Shown in pieces: positions 13,636-26,589 of a stretch of 64,000 bases of DNA (positions are counted from its first letter, which is position 1; every line of letters starts with the position of its first letter). The notes under the pieces are model-generated. The model saw only the letters and a program-made list of their open reading frames with translations, had not been told where the DNA came from and searched no databases. The stretch is from Octopus sinensis. Its lineage: Eukaryota. A program made the translations under genes and the position numbers. The stretch covers positions 35,216,001-35,280,000 of the forward strand of contig NC_043009.1 of NCBI RefSeq assembly GCF_006345805.1, written 5' to 3'.

Positions 13636-16209
13636 CAATGAATTGACAGTTGTACACCTTTGTTACTCATTTATATTTTATTCCCCCACCCTGGATTCAG
13701 TATTTCAGAAATATTAGAGAAAGTATTTTTACATAAAGTACATATCTGAACTAGCAAGAGTGGATCTCTTCACTAAGTTGGGTTGTGTTATCTTCATACA
13801 CTCCAAGAATATCGAGTGTAAAAACTTCTGCACAGAGTTAGATATTCATCTGATATTGTTGTTTAGGTGTGTCAATTAGAATGACCAAACAAAGTGCCTC
13901 AATTTAAGTACCAAATTCAAATGAATCATAATATATATACATATGAGCTGAAACTAGAAAGAAAAAACTAGAGAGGAAATATATATATATATATATGGAA
14001 CGCGGTATAAATAACGGACAGAGTCAGGACTATTGAAAAGGCTGCAAGACGAAACGAAAATTTTAGGAAAATAAAAATAAGAAATAAGTGGAAATGTTAC
14101 CGGCGAGTATGTTAAATTATAAGGCACAAAAAGAAAATGACTCTCCCCGGACACAACAAATCAAGCACTGTAAGCTACTGTGTTTGGTGATCTGCCGAAA
14201 AGGTGAGACACCGAGTTTTGATTTCCATGTTGCATATCACGAATATGTATCTTGAATTAATCATATTAATCACTGTTCGGCCGAAAACAAGGCATCACAA
14301 TAGGAGCATTTTAGGCAGTAGGTAAGACTGAGAGAGATACAGATAAAGGATTCAGAAATGCGAGAGCAGCTGTAATTGGACCCTCTGAAGAATTTGGTGA
14401 TATTTTGGAGCGAACGAGTGTGATATCAGGCTGGATATCTAGGAGAAGCGAGGAAGATAGAATGAGAAAGGCTTATCAGCAAAGAATTTTATATCATCAA
14501 TCTAAATACTTCACGTAAATCAGCTTTGTACAAATATGCAATAGAGTTTTCCCGAGAACAATTTACTTGCAATTTAATAAGTATTCTTCAACTATTTTAA
14601 TTTGGCAAATTCGAAGGGTAGAGTGACTGAGAGGCTGCTGCTCTGATGTTGTTAAAAACTCCAACATAACGGCTTACTTCAGTCACGGGAATCTACCAAA
14701 ATACCCAATATAAACGAGTATATAATTACCATCAAGAAACCTTGCTCATAAACCACCGTCCTACTGAACATAACAATCAAATCCCTTACAAGTGCACCAT
14801 ATTCTAAAGCTGAATTGGTGGGCATTCCTAGATAACTCCACAATGATGGGTAATCAAAGCAGAAAATTCAGGTTTTAAGTGTGTTTAAACGTGAAATAGA
14901 GTCAGACATCTCACGCGTATTGCGTGTGTTGGTTCTTAACATAAATTCACTATTTGTTTCAGGTGCAAAGGTAAACGTTATCCGACACGAATACGTTATT
15001 GTTCCGTCCTGAGATAATGGAAATGGAGCGAGAGAAGATAGCAGCAACACTCAGTTGCTCTACTCATTACAACTAAATAGACTGGGGTGTTCAGAAATGA
15101 AGTGTCTAGCATAAGAAAACTCCACAACAGCCTGTCATGCTATTGAACCGAAGATCTTATGGTTATGACTCGGACAACCTAACCAGTAGATCAAGCAACA
15201 ATAATAACAACAACCTGTCATGTGTAGTCACTTGATCGTTAGCTCGCCGTTTCCCGGCGGCTTCACGTTGTCAGCGCCATCAGAGAGAACCAATATTATC
15301 ACTGAAGGCGCGAAATTGCGTTTGATCCTCTGACCAATAAACGATGAGATTTTGGTAACTTTCTGTATCTGTTTTCCATTTGTTTGTGCATTTTTATATA
15401 TTTTTGAAACTCCCTATTTAATTGAACGCCATTTGTAAGTATTTTTATATTTTTGTATGACATCTATTCTTCCTTTCTCTCCTTTTCACCTACCCCACTC
15501 TCTCTCTCTCTTTCTTTCTCTCTCTCTCTCTCTTTCTTTCTCTCTCTCTCTCTCTTTCTTTCTCTCTCTCTCTCTCCACTTCTTTGTGTACACCCCTTTA
15601 CTGCTATTTGTTCCTTTCTTTTACCTTCCCCCTCTGCTCTTTGTGTGCCTCATGGCCTTCTACCAATTTTCTCACTTCTACTACTGACACGTGACAGGTG
15701 GTCATCGTAATATTTATTTCTCTTCCTTTTCAGCCGACTGCCGAAGCGAGAGGTCATAATTTCTCTCGTCTCTCACCCTCATCACGTTTTTCTGTCTCAC
15801 TGTTGTCCTGTCTCTAATCCTTTAGGATATTTCTCCTTGCGTTAACCATATTTTCGTCTCTTCTCTGGCCCCATGACAGTATTTTTTTATATATTTCAGT
15901 TTGTTTATACATTTCATGTTGTTTGTTCCTCGTCTTGAATTACATTGATTTCATATTTGTATGTTTACTTTCTGTATTACATATTAACTTATTTCTTGTT
16001 TATGTTTTTTTTTTGTTTACTTACTCTTATATTTGCTCCCTTGTTCATTGGCTTGCCATTTCCCGGCGGCTTCACACTCTCGCTCCCCGCAGGGTGGACT
16101 GGTATTATCGTTAAAGGCGCGAAGTTTCAATTAAACCTTCTGGCCAATGGCTGATGAGGATTTGGCGACCATCTGTATCTGTTTTCATTTTGTTTCTACA
16201 TTTATTATG

Positions 16210-16286
<77 letters not shown>

Positions 16287-16393
16287 TACATCTACATGGG
16301 AGTAATTGTAAGGATAAGAAAATTAGGCAGGTCGATATACAAAGAATAATTAATACATTAAATACAATAAATATATATATATGTTTTAGGAGT

Positions 16394-16800
16394 GGCGTAG
16401 GACTGGCTGTGTGGTAAGTAGCTTGCTTATGAACCACATGGTTCCGGGTTCAGTCCCATTGCGTGACACCTTGGGCAAGTGTCTTCTACTATAGCCTTGG
16501 GCAGACCAAAGCCTTGTGAGTGGATTTGGTAGACGGAAACTGAAAAAAGCCCATCGTATATATGTATATATATATGTATGTGCGTGTATATGTTTGTGTG
16601 CCTGTGTCCTTCCTCCCCCCGCGACATCGCTTGACAACCGATGCTGATGCGTTTACGTTCCCGTAACTTAGCGGTTCGGCAAAAGACGCCGATAGAATAA
16701 GTACTAGGCTTACAAAGAATATGTATGGGGGCGATTTGCTCGATTAAAGGCAGTGCTCCAGCGTGGACACAGTCAAATGACTGAAACAAGTAAAAGAGTA
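16394..16800 (+). mobile_element. tRNA-like SINE family A, full length
   Basis: Head ggcgtagga.tggctgtgtggtaag...ggttccgggttcagtccc (A/B-box-like), internal TA/TG tract, tail ...gctccagc.tgg.c.cagtcaaatgactgaaacaagtaaaagag. Many copies in the window. Confidence 0.9.
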
Positions 16801-16849
16801 TATGTTTAGGTACAAAAAGGTTCGAATTACACAGAATAGAAATAATATC

Positions 16850-18050
16850 AAGAAATAAAGGAGTTGAAGAAAAGTGTTACAAATCCAACAGCTGTTTCTG
16901 GGGACTCGGTGGTCCCAAATATTGATTGCAAATTGATTCCATTGTCGAATGAGACGAGGCTCCGACTTCAGAGCAGAAATCTTACATTTGAGCTGTTAAC
17001 AGTAAGGATATTAAAGATGGAATCATTTTTGAAGAGCTAAGTGTATTGGAAGGTGAAATTTGGGAGGTATTCGGATAGAGAATACTGGGAGGAGAAATTA
17101 AATTTCAAGGGATAGGGGTTAATAGGGAAGCTAGTAGAGAGTTATAGTAAGAGAAGTATAAATATTATCTTTTAATTCAAGAAATAAAACAAACCTAGTA
17201 GTTAGTATTATCAACTGTCTCGCAGTTTCCAGAAATTAAGAATAAATTTTGCAGGAAAATTACTTTTCCCGCTCAGAGGAAAGGCTAATGTTTCTAGCAA
17301 ACTGGCGGCTACTGATTTCTTTTTACTTTACGGATATTTGAGTTTGTAATAACATTACATCTTTTTACTTTGTTGAACCTCATTATTAAAAGTTCTCTTC
17401 TCGAGCCTGATTTAGTTTGTGAATATTAATAGTTACGAAGAAATTTTGCCTATAATTTCTATAAATGCGAAGAGTAAGTGATAAATGGAAATATCTCAAT
17501 AATCCAAAGAAGACATTTAGGAAATGCCGAAAGGTAGTAATATATTGACAAAGGTTTGCACACTCTGAAGAAGTAATCAATAACTTGTAATTGAGTGTAA
17601 TTTTACTATTATATTAGAGAGGAAAATGGAGCAAAAGTGTTGACTCGCGGTTATTGTTAGCAACTCTGGAAAAAAGAGAAGACAACTTTAAGATATTAAG
17701 AATTGTTGCTTCTAAGTTGGGGGAAGCTAAGTAATTATAGATAATGGGTTAGCTTGGTTCTTTGTGAATTATAAAGCATGGCAAACCAAAAATAGATTTA
17801 TTCCAAGAGATGAACAAGGAAATTGAACGAATATATTAATATGGAAAGCTTGTTTCATTCAAATGACGTCTTGATTGCACATTGTTTCCATAAAAGGACG
17901 ATTGTATAGCTCTGTATGAAAGAAATCTACAACATTGGTCTTTATTGGTCGAAAGTTGTAGTCAAATGGGGACTCGTAAACTCTTCTGGGGAAAAGGCTG
18001 GTCTAGAAAGGCTTGCTTATTTTCTCGATATTATTATTATTATTATTGAT
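16850..18050 (-). mobile_element. Highly decayed Penelope-like element remnant
   Basis: Minus-strand fragments resemble PLE RT C-terminus (KTNVV...RAIQ) and GIY-YIG (C..C.YI.T.RH). Ends with a gaaacagctgtt hammerhead-like tail shared with 24129 and 32727. Confidence 0.4.
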
Positions 18051-18100
18051 CTCGCTATTATTGTTGAAATATGGGGTAATGCAGATAGCGTTTATTTTAG

Positions 18101-18155
18101 TGATTTGGGATGTACACAAATCCTCATTTATTAAAAACTTATACAACTGTGGAAG
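18101..18155 (+). CDS. Candidate 55-nt coding exon of unidentified host gene
   Basis: gcgtttattttAG|tgatttggg...tgtggaag|GTAAGT. Open phase 1 to phase 2 (IWDVHKSSFIKNLYNCG), bridging the exons at 12038 and 22274 in frame. Confidence 0.5.
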
Positions 18156-18554
18156 GTAAGTAAAATGCAAATAAGATTGTGAATAGGCTATGAGGATTAG
18201 AAAAAAACTTCAAAGCTTATACCTAAGGGAATAAAGAATTATATGTGTGTGTAACTGTGTATACATACATGTATATATACACACACACACATGCATACAT
18301 ATTTATAGACACTGATGTACGTGTATAAATCCATACAAGCATCCACAGATGTGTATGGATATATATCTATATATATGCTTATATGCCTGTATGTAAATAT
18401 GTGTATATGCATAACTGGATGAAGGAGGGGTTTAAAGGGATAACTGTCCCGGATATTTCAATAGCGGGGTCCCTCTGAACTTGGATGGTGGTGAGTTTTC
18501 ATTCTAAGGAAGCCTCGTTCACGTCAATTTTGCATCACTAAGAAACCCAACCAG

Positions 18555-18647
<93 letters not shown>

Positions 18648-18649
18648 CA

Positions 18650-19430
18650 CTAGCAGTTGAACCCAGCGTTGCTCATGTTTTCCGTGTTGAAGTTAACCCC
18701 ACCTCTGACCATGTATTGAAATCTTCTACGTTCCCCGTGCGAAATATTACCCATTAAGATGCTATATCTGGTTCGGCAGGGATTTTACCCGGTTAACGCT
18801 TTCAATATACACCTACATACTGGACCGTCTGAAGTCGCAGTCAAACTTTTAGGTGTACCACCACCCGTTGAGTGTGATGTTTATTTTTTTCTCTCCCCTT
18901 AATGCCACCCTCTGTACAAAATTGGTCAGCGTGTCCAATTTCAGCAAAATCTGAGGAGAAGTGTTACGGTTATGTCATAAACTAGAATTCATGTGACCAT
19001 TTACATGAAAATATAAAAGTTACGGCAAAAAATAAAATTCCTATGGGTATTTGCACACAAAAACACCTATTGATTTTATAAAATCAATGCTCAGGCACAA
19101 TTATTAAGTTTTGTCAACGCCATATACTGACATCAACTCACTGTCATCAGCCTCACTCACTCATGAATTTTCATCAAAATCGGTCAAAAGTTGCAGGAAA
19201 AATAAAATTGTTATGGGAATTTCCATTGAAACGTCCGATTGAGCTCACAAAAATCGATGCCAACTAAGCATTATCGAGATTTCGAAAACTCCAGGCCTTA
19301 TTTGAATTTCAGGACAAGTGATCTACCCATGTGCCATAAATCAGTAAAATCGGTTGGACGGGGTGAGATGAGTTAGAGTAACCCCAAACACACATACAGA
19401 CATACATTATTACACATTCATGTATACAGA
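18650..19430 (-). mobile_element. Non-autonomous Helitron-like element
   Basis: The minus strand ends gagcaacgctgggttcaactgCTAGt, like the 3' end of 9716-10103. It begins TCtgtatacatgaa with a subterminal (CA)-rich tract. The 3' end abuts (TA)n. Confidence 0.7.
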
Positions 19431-19779
19431 TATAATGAAAATAAGACAATGTAGAAATGTAGAAAATGCTAAAATAATTTTATCATGAAGAATATTTTTT
19501 TGTCAACGCCATATACTGACATCAACTCACTGCCATCAGTATCGGTTTCAGTCTTTGCGACATTTTCGACTTAGAGTAAAGCCTAAAAAACAAATTGTTG
19601 AAAAATTAAATGAAATGTTTTTTAAACATTTCCATAGTTTTCAAATACAAGGGAGATTTTCCCTTTTTCTGTCTGTCTCTTTCCTTTACTCTTGTGAAGA
19701 CTTGGTTATATGTAGTATTTGATATGAGTTCTTGATTTTGATTCTTTAAACAGCAGCAGCGGAGGAAGGAGGCGAAGAA

Positions 19780-19844
<65 letters not shown>

Positions 19845-19859
19845 AGAGATATTAGGAAA

Positions 19860-20405
19860 AGAAAAGATAGAAGAAGAAAATAGGGGAGGGGTATGACAGT
19901 AGTATGATGCTGGTGGAACATTCTTAAATGGTCAAGTGACCTAAAAGTCAGCTGTTGTGACTGGAATTGTTCCGAATAAATTCATGGGTAGTGACTATTC
20001 TAAATATATAGTTTTTAATATTTGCGTGTGTATTATTCTAAGGTCCTTGTAGTAGTGTCATATGTGGTGGATGTATTCAAAAGGGCTTTATATTTTGTGA
20101 TAAAATATGACTCTTTGCTAATGCGATTATAGGTTACATTGTCCCTTGATTTATAGAGGGAAAAATTCTGAAGCTGGTTTGTTCGTTAGGGGCGCAAATG
20201 TCGATGTCATCCTTTGACGTAAAGTGGTTTTGGTTTGGCCTATGTATAGCCCTCAACAACCAGAGCAAGTTAATACATATATTAGGTTTTCCGAAACACA
20301 TGTGAAGTTGTTTTTCACTGTAAAACGTTGACCCTGTTTGCAAGAGAACTCCGATGCATCAATTAAGGTTGACTCATGTACCACAGTTAGGTCTTCTGTG
20401 GTATA
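19860..20405 (-). mobile_element. Penelope-like element GIY-YIG endonuclease fragment and 3' region
   Basis: FTVKNNFTCVSENLIYVLTCSGC*GLYIGQTKTTLRQRM...KESYFITKYKALLN. Confidence 0.8.
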
Positions 20406-20422
20406 ACTGTGATATGTATGTA

Positions 20423-20478
<56 letters not shown>

Positions 20479-20489
20479 AGTTTATGTAT

Positions 20490-20778
20490 AGGGCAGCGGA
20501 CTCGTGGTCGGACGATCGCGGTTTCGATTCCCACACCGGGCGTTGTGTGTGTTTATTGAGCGAAAACATTTAAAAGATCCACGAGGCTACGGCAGGGGGG
20601 GCGACCCCTGTTTTACTATTTCGCTCCAACTTTCTCTCTCTCTCTCTCTTCCTGTTTCTTGAGTAACGCTGAGATGGACTGGCGTCCCGTCCAGCTAGGG
20701 AAACGCATACTCCACAGAAACCGGGAAACCGGGCCCATGAGCCTGTCTAGGCTTGAAAAGGGAGTATAAATAACAAAA
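20490..20778 (+). mobile_element. tRNA-like SINE family B (tail type 1)
   Basis: Head gggcagcggactcg.ggtcg..gatcgcggtttcgattccca..ccgggcg shared with 54467 and 55860. Body gatggactggcgtcccgtccag...acagaaaccgggaaaccggg. Confidence 0.8.
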
Positions 20779-20817
20779 TGTATGTGTATACATACAGCTG
20801 TATGAATATATGAACAA

Positions 20818-21212
20818 CAGGCTTCTTTCAGTTTTCGTTTACTAAATCCACTTACAAGGTTTTGGTCGACCCGTGTCTATAGTAGAAGTCACTTGCCGAA
20901 GGTGCCACGCAGTGGGACTGAACCCGGGACCATGTTGTTGGGAAGTAAGTATCTTACCACCATATATATACCTTACATGTGTGGCTGCGTTATGGGAATA
21001 TATATATATTTGTGTGTTTGTGTTTGATTGTTCCCCCGCCATCGCTTGACAACTGCTGATGATGTGTTTACATTCCCATAACCTAGCGGTTCGGCAAAAG
21101 ACCCGATAGAATAAGTACAATGCTTAGACAGAATAGGTTCTGGGATCGATTTCTCCAACTAAAAGGCGATGCTCCAGCATGGCCACAGTCAAAATGACTG
21201 AAACAAGTAAAA
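20818..21212. mobile_element. SINE family A with head inverted (20818-20960, minus) and tail forward (21011-21212, plus)
   Basis: The reverse-complement head caggcttctttcagtt...ttaccac is followed, after a TA-rich spacer, by a plus-strand tail ending tgactgaaacaagtaaaa. Confidence 0.8.
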
Positions 21213-21228
21213 TAATATGTATATGTAC

Positions 21229-21263
<35 letters not shown>

Positions 21264-21363
21264 TACATGCATACACACACACAGACACGCACACACACAC
21301 CAGACACACACACACACATATATATATATACATACGCATGTGTAGATACATACATACATACAT

Positions 21364-21398
<35 letters not shown>

Positions 21399-21899
21399 TA
21401 GAACCATATCCTTTTCGGCAGATGAAATTCCCAATGGGATTTTTCCTCAATACGAATTTCGTTCCAGATTTGTAAATACCTAAATGGATGAAAAACAAAG
21501 AAGTAAACATAAATTCTCTTTATTTTTAGAGAAACCATTTAAAACAAAGTGTCGACTTGCAATTAGGGATTATGTGAATTCACTCCACGAAATTTTCAAA
21601 ATCTTTTAAGTAGAACTTTACAAAAAAAAAAAAGCCCTAACTAATAAAGCCTAGTTGCAATTTTTAAAATATTTTCCATACAATCATGTATTTTTATTAG
21701 AATTCTGCTGTAATTTACGCAATACTCAAAAGGAATTATTTTTCTAACCAGTATTTTTTCTCAACTTCTTTGTACCTCTGGCGAGATATAAATTCTTAGT
21801 TCGTTTAACTAGATTTTAAATGAATAAATTCCAGGAAATATAAACACAACCAACGATTTTCTCCGTTAAAAGATAAATTCAGATAACAAATTAGAAAAC

Positions 21900-22040
21900 T
21901 GTACCGGTAACCTACATATTCATTTCAAATTTTGCCACAAGGACAGCAATTTCGGGGTAGGAGATATGTCAATTATATCAACCCCCAATGCTCAATTGGT
22001 ACTTATTTTATATGCTCAGAAAATTAAGACCGAAACAATG
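21900..22040 (-). mobile_element. Decayed SINE family C fragment
   Basis: Reverse complement resembles the ...aaataagtacca.ttgag.attgggggttgatata..ga...ccgaaattgctgtccttgtggcaaaatttgaaa tail of 59686-60266. Confidence 0.55.
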
Positions 22041-22273
22041 CTGCTACAATTTTGCCCGGTGTGCCAAAGATTCTGTCGGTTCGCCGCCTTTCTCTAGCTT
22101 ACATATTGCAACGTTCTTACATTCACAAATACATCGGCATTTTCTTCAACCTATTATTAAACATGCTATTATTTATAGCTTTATGTGCTTCGAAATTCAT
22201 TGTTCTAAAAATGAATTATACGTATACAGTGTACACCCACATCCACACACATAATATATACATGCCCATACAG

Positions 22274-22315
22274 GCAACAACAAAAGAAGCATTTGGTAGA
22301 TTCGCCGTTCTTTCT
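22274..22315 (+). CDS. Candidate 42-nt coding exon of unidentified host gene
   Basis: catgcccatacAG|gcaacaac...ctttct|GTAAGT, followed by a 65-nt GT-AG intron with a polypyrimidine tract. Phase 2-2: QQQKKHLVDSPFF. Confidence 0.55.
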
Positions 22316-22380
22316 GTAAGTGTAGACAACTAAAAGTAATTTTGCTTTCTTCCCCTGTATACCAGCCTTATTCTATACAG

Positions 22381-22525
22381 GAGAAATGAGCTAGATTTAT
22401 ATCCGGAGGAGGATTATCTTGTGAATAAAGTGGTCAAGAAACGCTGGATAGCTGGTGCCGCTCTTATGACTTTATGTAGATTTAGATCTCTATGGAAGGG
22501 TGGACGAACACCCATTAACATGCGC
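22381..22525 (+). CDS. Candidate 145-nt coding exon of unidentified host gene
   Basis: tttgctttcttcccctgtataccagccttattctatacAG| ... atgcgc|GTGAGG. Open phase 2 to phase 0: RNELDLYPEEDYLVNKVVKKRWIAGAALMTLCRFRSLWKGGRTPINMR. GC-richer than its flanks. Confidence 0.6.
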
Positions 22526-22782
22526 GTGAGGTCTGTGTGTGTATGCATGTATAATGTTTGTGGCTGTATGTTTATGAAATAAATATTTGTGGTTCTAAGA
22601 ACACGATGTAAACTTCGATGTAAGAATTTTGTATCTCATCTTTTACAATCAAATTATCTTCAATACAGCAACAAAATTCAAGATCTCCAGAGACTGCTTA
22701 CTCGCCAACGCCACTAACACGCCATTTAGAAATTAGATAATTATATAAGACGTTAAGAAAAATATATGAAAGCGTGTGTGTA

Positions 22783-22832
<50 letters not shown>

Positions 22833-22883
22833 TGCATATATATGTACATATGTATATACATATATATAAATAGATAATATATG

Positions 22884-22916
<33 letters not shown>

Positions 22917-22935
22917 CTGCATACACATACGTATA

Positions 22936-22978
<43 letters not shown>

Positions 22979-23404
22979 ACAACACACTCACACACTTACA
23001 ACACACTCACACATTCAAATACTTTGATATTTCATGGCATTTTGTTTTGTCCCAGTAGAGAAAAACTATGAAATTATTTGAAATTAAATGTAAACATAAA
23101 CACACAGGTACACAAACATAAATACGCACCTTACGCACATACTCAAGCTGACACGCAACACACAAATATAGTACATCACTCTATCTCTCTCTCTCTTTCT
23201 CCCTCTCTCCCCCTCTCATATATACATAGAAAAATACATTCATACATACATGCATACATGAACTCATACATACATGCATATATTTTCATTTGTCTTCAAT
23301 CAAAATCAAAATGTTAAAGCGTCATAGAGTTTCTTATGAAAGTCGCAACATTTAATAATTTGAATATTTAATAATTTGAACTATATGTACAGGGTCTAAA
23401 ATTG

Positions 23405-23545
23405 TGGTAGCTTTACGTTCTGGTTTCAAATGCCACCGAGGTCGACTTTACCTTTTATCATTTCGGGGTCGATGAAATACGTACCTATTAAATACCAGGG
23501 TCGATGTATTCAACATACTCCCTCCTGTAAAATTGTAGGCCTTGT
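23405..23545 (+). mobile_element. Decayed SINE family C copy
   Basis: ttacgttctggtttcaaatgccaccgaggtcgactttaccttttatcatttcggggtcgatgaaata.gtacc matches the units of 59686-60266. Confidence 0.7.
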
Positions 23546-23590
23546 GTTAAATTTGAAACCTTTATTATTATTATTATTATTATTATTCTT

Positions 23591-23630
23591 CAGTAGTTTT
23601 ATTTTTATAGCGTCCTTTCACTTCACTACC

Positions 23631-23631
<1 letters not shown>
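23591..23631 (-). mobile_element. 41-bp extreme 3' tip of R4/Dong element inside (TAA)n
   Basis: Reverse complement cggtagtgaagtgaaaggacgctataaaaataaaactactg is about 2 mismatches from 43620-43660. (ATT)n on both sides. Confidence 0.9.
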
Positions 23632-23716
<85 letters not shown>

Positions 23717-23729
23717 GTTCTTATTGTTG

Positions 23730-23787
<58 letters not shown>

Positions 23788-23806
23788 CCTCATCATTATT
23801 ATTATT

Positions 23807-23904
23807 TAACAGTCATATTTTATAACGTAATTTCCCTGCACTACCGAGCGCAGTTCTGTGTATCTTGGGTACGTGGTGTGGTTTGTTGTGACGCTTTTTA
23901 GACT
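23807..23904 (-). mobile_element. Older R4/Dong 3' UTR fragment ending in the same (TAA)n tract
   Basis: Reverse complement acaacaaaccacaccacgtacccaagatacacagaactgcgctcggtagtg matches the 43580-43628 3' UTR with more divergence. Confidence 0.8.
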
Positions 23905-24240
23905 CGGATTGACCAATTTTAAATAAGGTTGGATTTTACTTATAGTATTGGAATCTTACATGTGTACCGTTTTGCCTAAAAATGGATCTACACATTCAAT
24001 ATCCCTACATATCTTGCATCTATTTTCTTTCCTCCACCTCACTCTCTATTTTGTATCATATCTAAATTAATTATTACTTAACTATCCTCTCTCATGGTCT
24101 CCGATAAATGGATATAATATATATCCTGGAAACAGCTGTAAGACCTTCTATCTGTAAATGTTCTAAAATCTACTCAGTCTCGGATTTTTATCTCATTACG
24201 AAAAAATTTTTATATACACACGCTGACATATGACCAACGT
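23905..24240 (+). mobile_element. Penelope-like 3' region (pLTR-like) with hammerhead-like motif
   Basis: Shares architecture with 32400-32775 and contains the motif at 24096-24145. Confidence 0.55.
24096..24145 (+). ncRNA. Minimal type-I hammerhead ribozyme motif, core mutated
   Basis: Stem I GGTCT/AGACC; core CCGATAA (2 changes from CTGATGA); stem II GGATATA/TATATCC; GAAAC-AGCT-GTA with palindromic ACAGCTGT stem/loop III. Confidence 0.65.
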
Positions 24241-24360
24241 TGAACCCCTTATTCGCAAAATCACCGAACTTGGAACTTAACTATGGTCTATCTATAGCAC
24301 TTATTCATCATTACCTGACACCTTTGGGTCTCAATGACATCTCATAACCTCTGTCTCTCA

Positions 24361-24416
<56 letters not shown>

Positions 24417-24449
24417 TATATATACATACATACATATATATATATATAT

Positions 24450-24512
<63 letters not shown>

Positions 24513-24831
24513 TATATATTCAAAGAGCAATAAAGATTCAGTTAATTTAAATGAATTTACTTGAATATGTACCTAACTTAGATGCACCAAAAAAAACTAT
24601 ACTGATTTAACATACAGTAATGTGGGGTGATTATAAGCGAGAAAGAAGCAACAAGAATGGATAGGTTTTTAGTACGATCGTTTCATACAAGGACAGGTTT
24701 TATTAAAGTTGCAAAGATTACAGCATATAAACGAGTCCCGTACTCATCAGCTAAAATACATGTGAGATCTCTAGACATCCTAGTGTTTGAGGCTATACTC
24801 ATGAAGTAATGTAGATAATTAACATAAACAG

Positions 24832-24889
<58 letters not shown>

Positions 24890-26157
24890 CAAGGGCTGGC
24901 CAAAATATAGAAACACCTAGCATCATAACATCATAATACTGAAGTATCTATAAAACCGTCAAATGCTTGCTTATGTTAATGTTTTTATTTATTTATTATT
25001 AGTGTTTCTTAATATGTTTTTCTAGAATTGCTGCTTCCTTTCAGTTATCACCAGGAAAAGGTAATTAAAATTCATTAAAATGACAGATCTATCGGCCTTT
25101 CAAAGAGGTCAAATCGTTGATGCTCCAATGGCAGGCGTTAGCGTAACGAAAACAGCCGAAATGTTTGTTGTATCAAGAAGTACTGTCTCGAAAATAATGA
25201 CAGCCTTTGAGAAAGAGGGAAAAACCTCCTCGTCGAAACAAAACTCCGGAAGAAAACCAAAACTTTCAGATAGGGACCGTCTGACTCTTACGCGAATTGC
25301 TAGACAGGATCACAAAAGTACACCTCTCAAAATTACTGCAGAGTTTAATGACCACCTCGAAATCCCAGTTTCCACAAAAACTGTTCGCCGGGAGTTGCAC
25401 AAAGCCGTATTTCACGGGAGGGTTGCAATCAGAAAACCACTACTATCAAAAACAAACGTTGCAATGCGTTTAGAGTTGAGTAAAAACCGACAGAACTGAT
25501 CCCTAGAGCAGTGGTAAAATGTTATTTTCTCGGACGAGTCATCGTTTACCTTATTTCTGACCACAGGCTGAGTATACGTGTGTAGACAACCAAAAGAAGC
25601 ATTTCACCCAGACTACATTCTTCCAACTGTTATACATGGAGAAGGATCTCTGATAATCTAGGGGGCTATATTTTGGAAATCCGCCGACCCAATGGTTTCC
25701 CTTCATGGTAGAATTAATAGTCAAGACTATTTAAACGTTTTATTTGATCAAATTCATCCTTATGTTTGTGGAACTGTTTCGGGAGTGAAATGCGATCTTT
25801 TAGGATGATAATGCACCAATTCACACGGCTAATTTTTTTCTGAATGGCACGAAGAGCGATCTAGTGAAGTTGAACAACTTATCCGGCCACTACAAACCCT
25901 AGATCTCAATATTATTGAACATTAATGGTGCATTTTAGAAAAACAAGTAAGGAGTCGATATCCTCATCATACAACAACTGGAGACAGTCTTAGCTGAAGA
26001 ATGGACAAAAATTCCTTTGGAAAAAGTTCAAACTTTGTACGCGTCCATACCTCGTAGAATTTAACCTGTAATTACTGCCAAAGCGGTCCAATCCTATATT
26101 AAAATGAATTTGATTGAAATTTTAAGGTGTTTCCATTATTTTGTCCAACATACATTG
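24890..26157 (+). mobile_element. Tc1-family DNA transposon, near full length, pseudogenised transposase
   Basis: ORF 25080-25499 has an HTH and a GRKP linker and continues VIFSDESSF...DDNAPIHT...DLNIIEH with stops and frameshifts. Imperfect TIRs (g.tgg.caaaata...gaaacacct) at both ends; (TA)n flanks. Confidence 0.92.
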
Positions 26158-26168
26158 ATATATATATT

Positions 26169-26201
<33 letters not shown>

Positions 26202-26210
26202 TATATAATA

Positions 26211-26309
<99 letters not shown>

Positions 26310-26334
26310 TATATACATACATATGTATACATGT

Positions 26335-26494
26335 GGAGTGGCTATGTGGTAAGGAGCTTGCTTCCCAACCACATGGTTCAGGTTCAGTCCCACTGCCTAG
26401 CTAGCGTCTTGGACAAATGTTTTCTACTATAGCCTGGGGCCGACCAAAGTCCTGTGATTGGATTTGGTAGACGGAATCTGAAAGAAACTTGTCG

Positions 26495-26540
<46 letters not shown>

Positions 26541-26555
26541 ATATATATATATATA

Positions 26556-26589
<34 letters not shown>

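Noticed and set aside
16394-16470. SINE heads as tRNA genes
   Set aside because: A/B-box-like motifs are present, but there is no complete cloverleaf and they are followed by SINE bodies.
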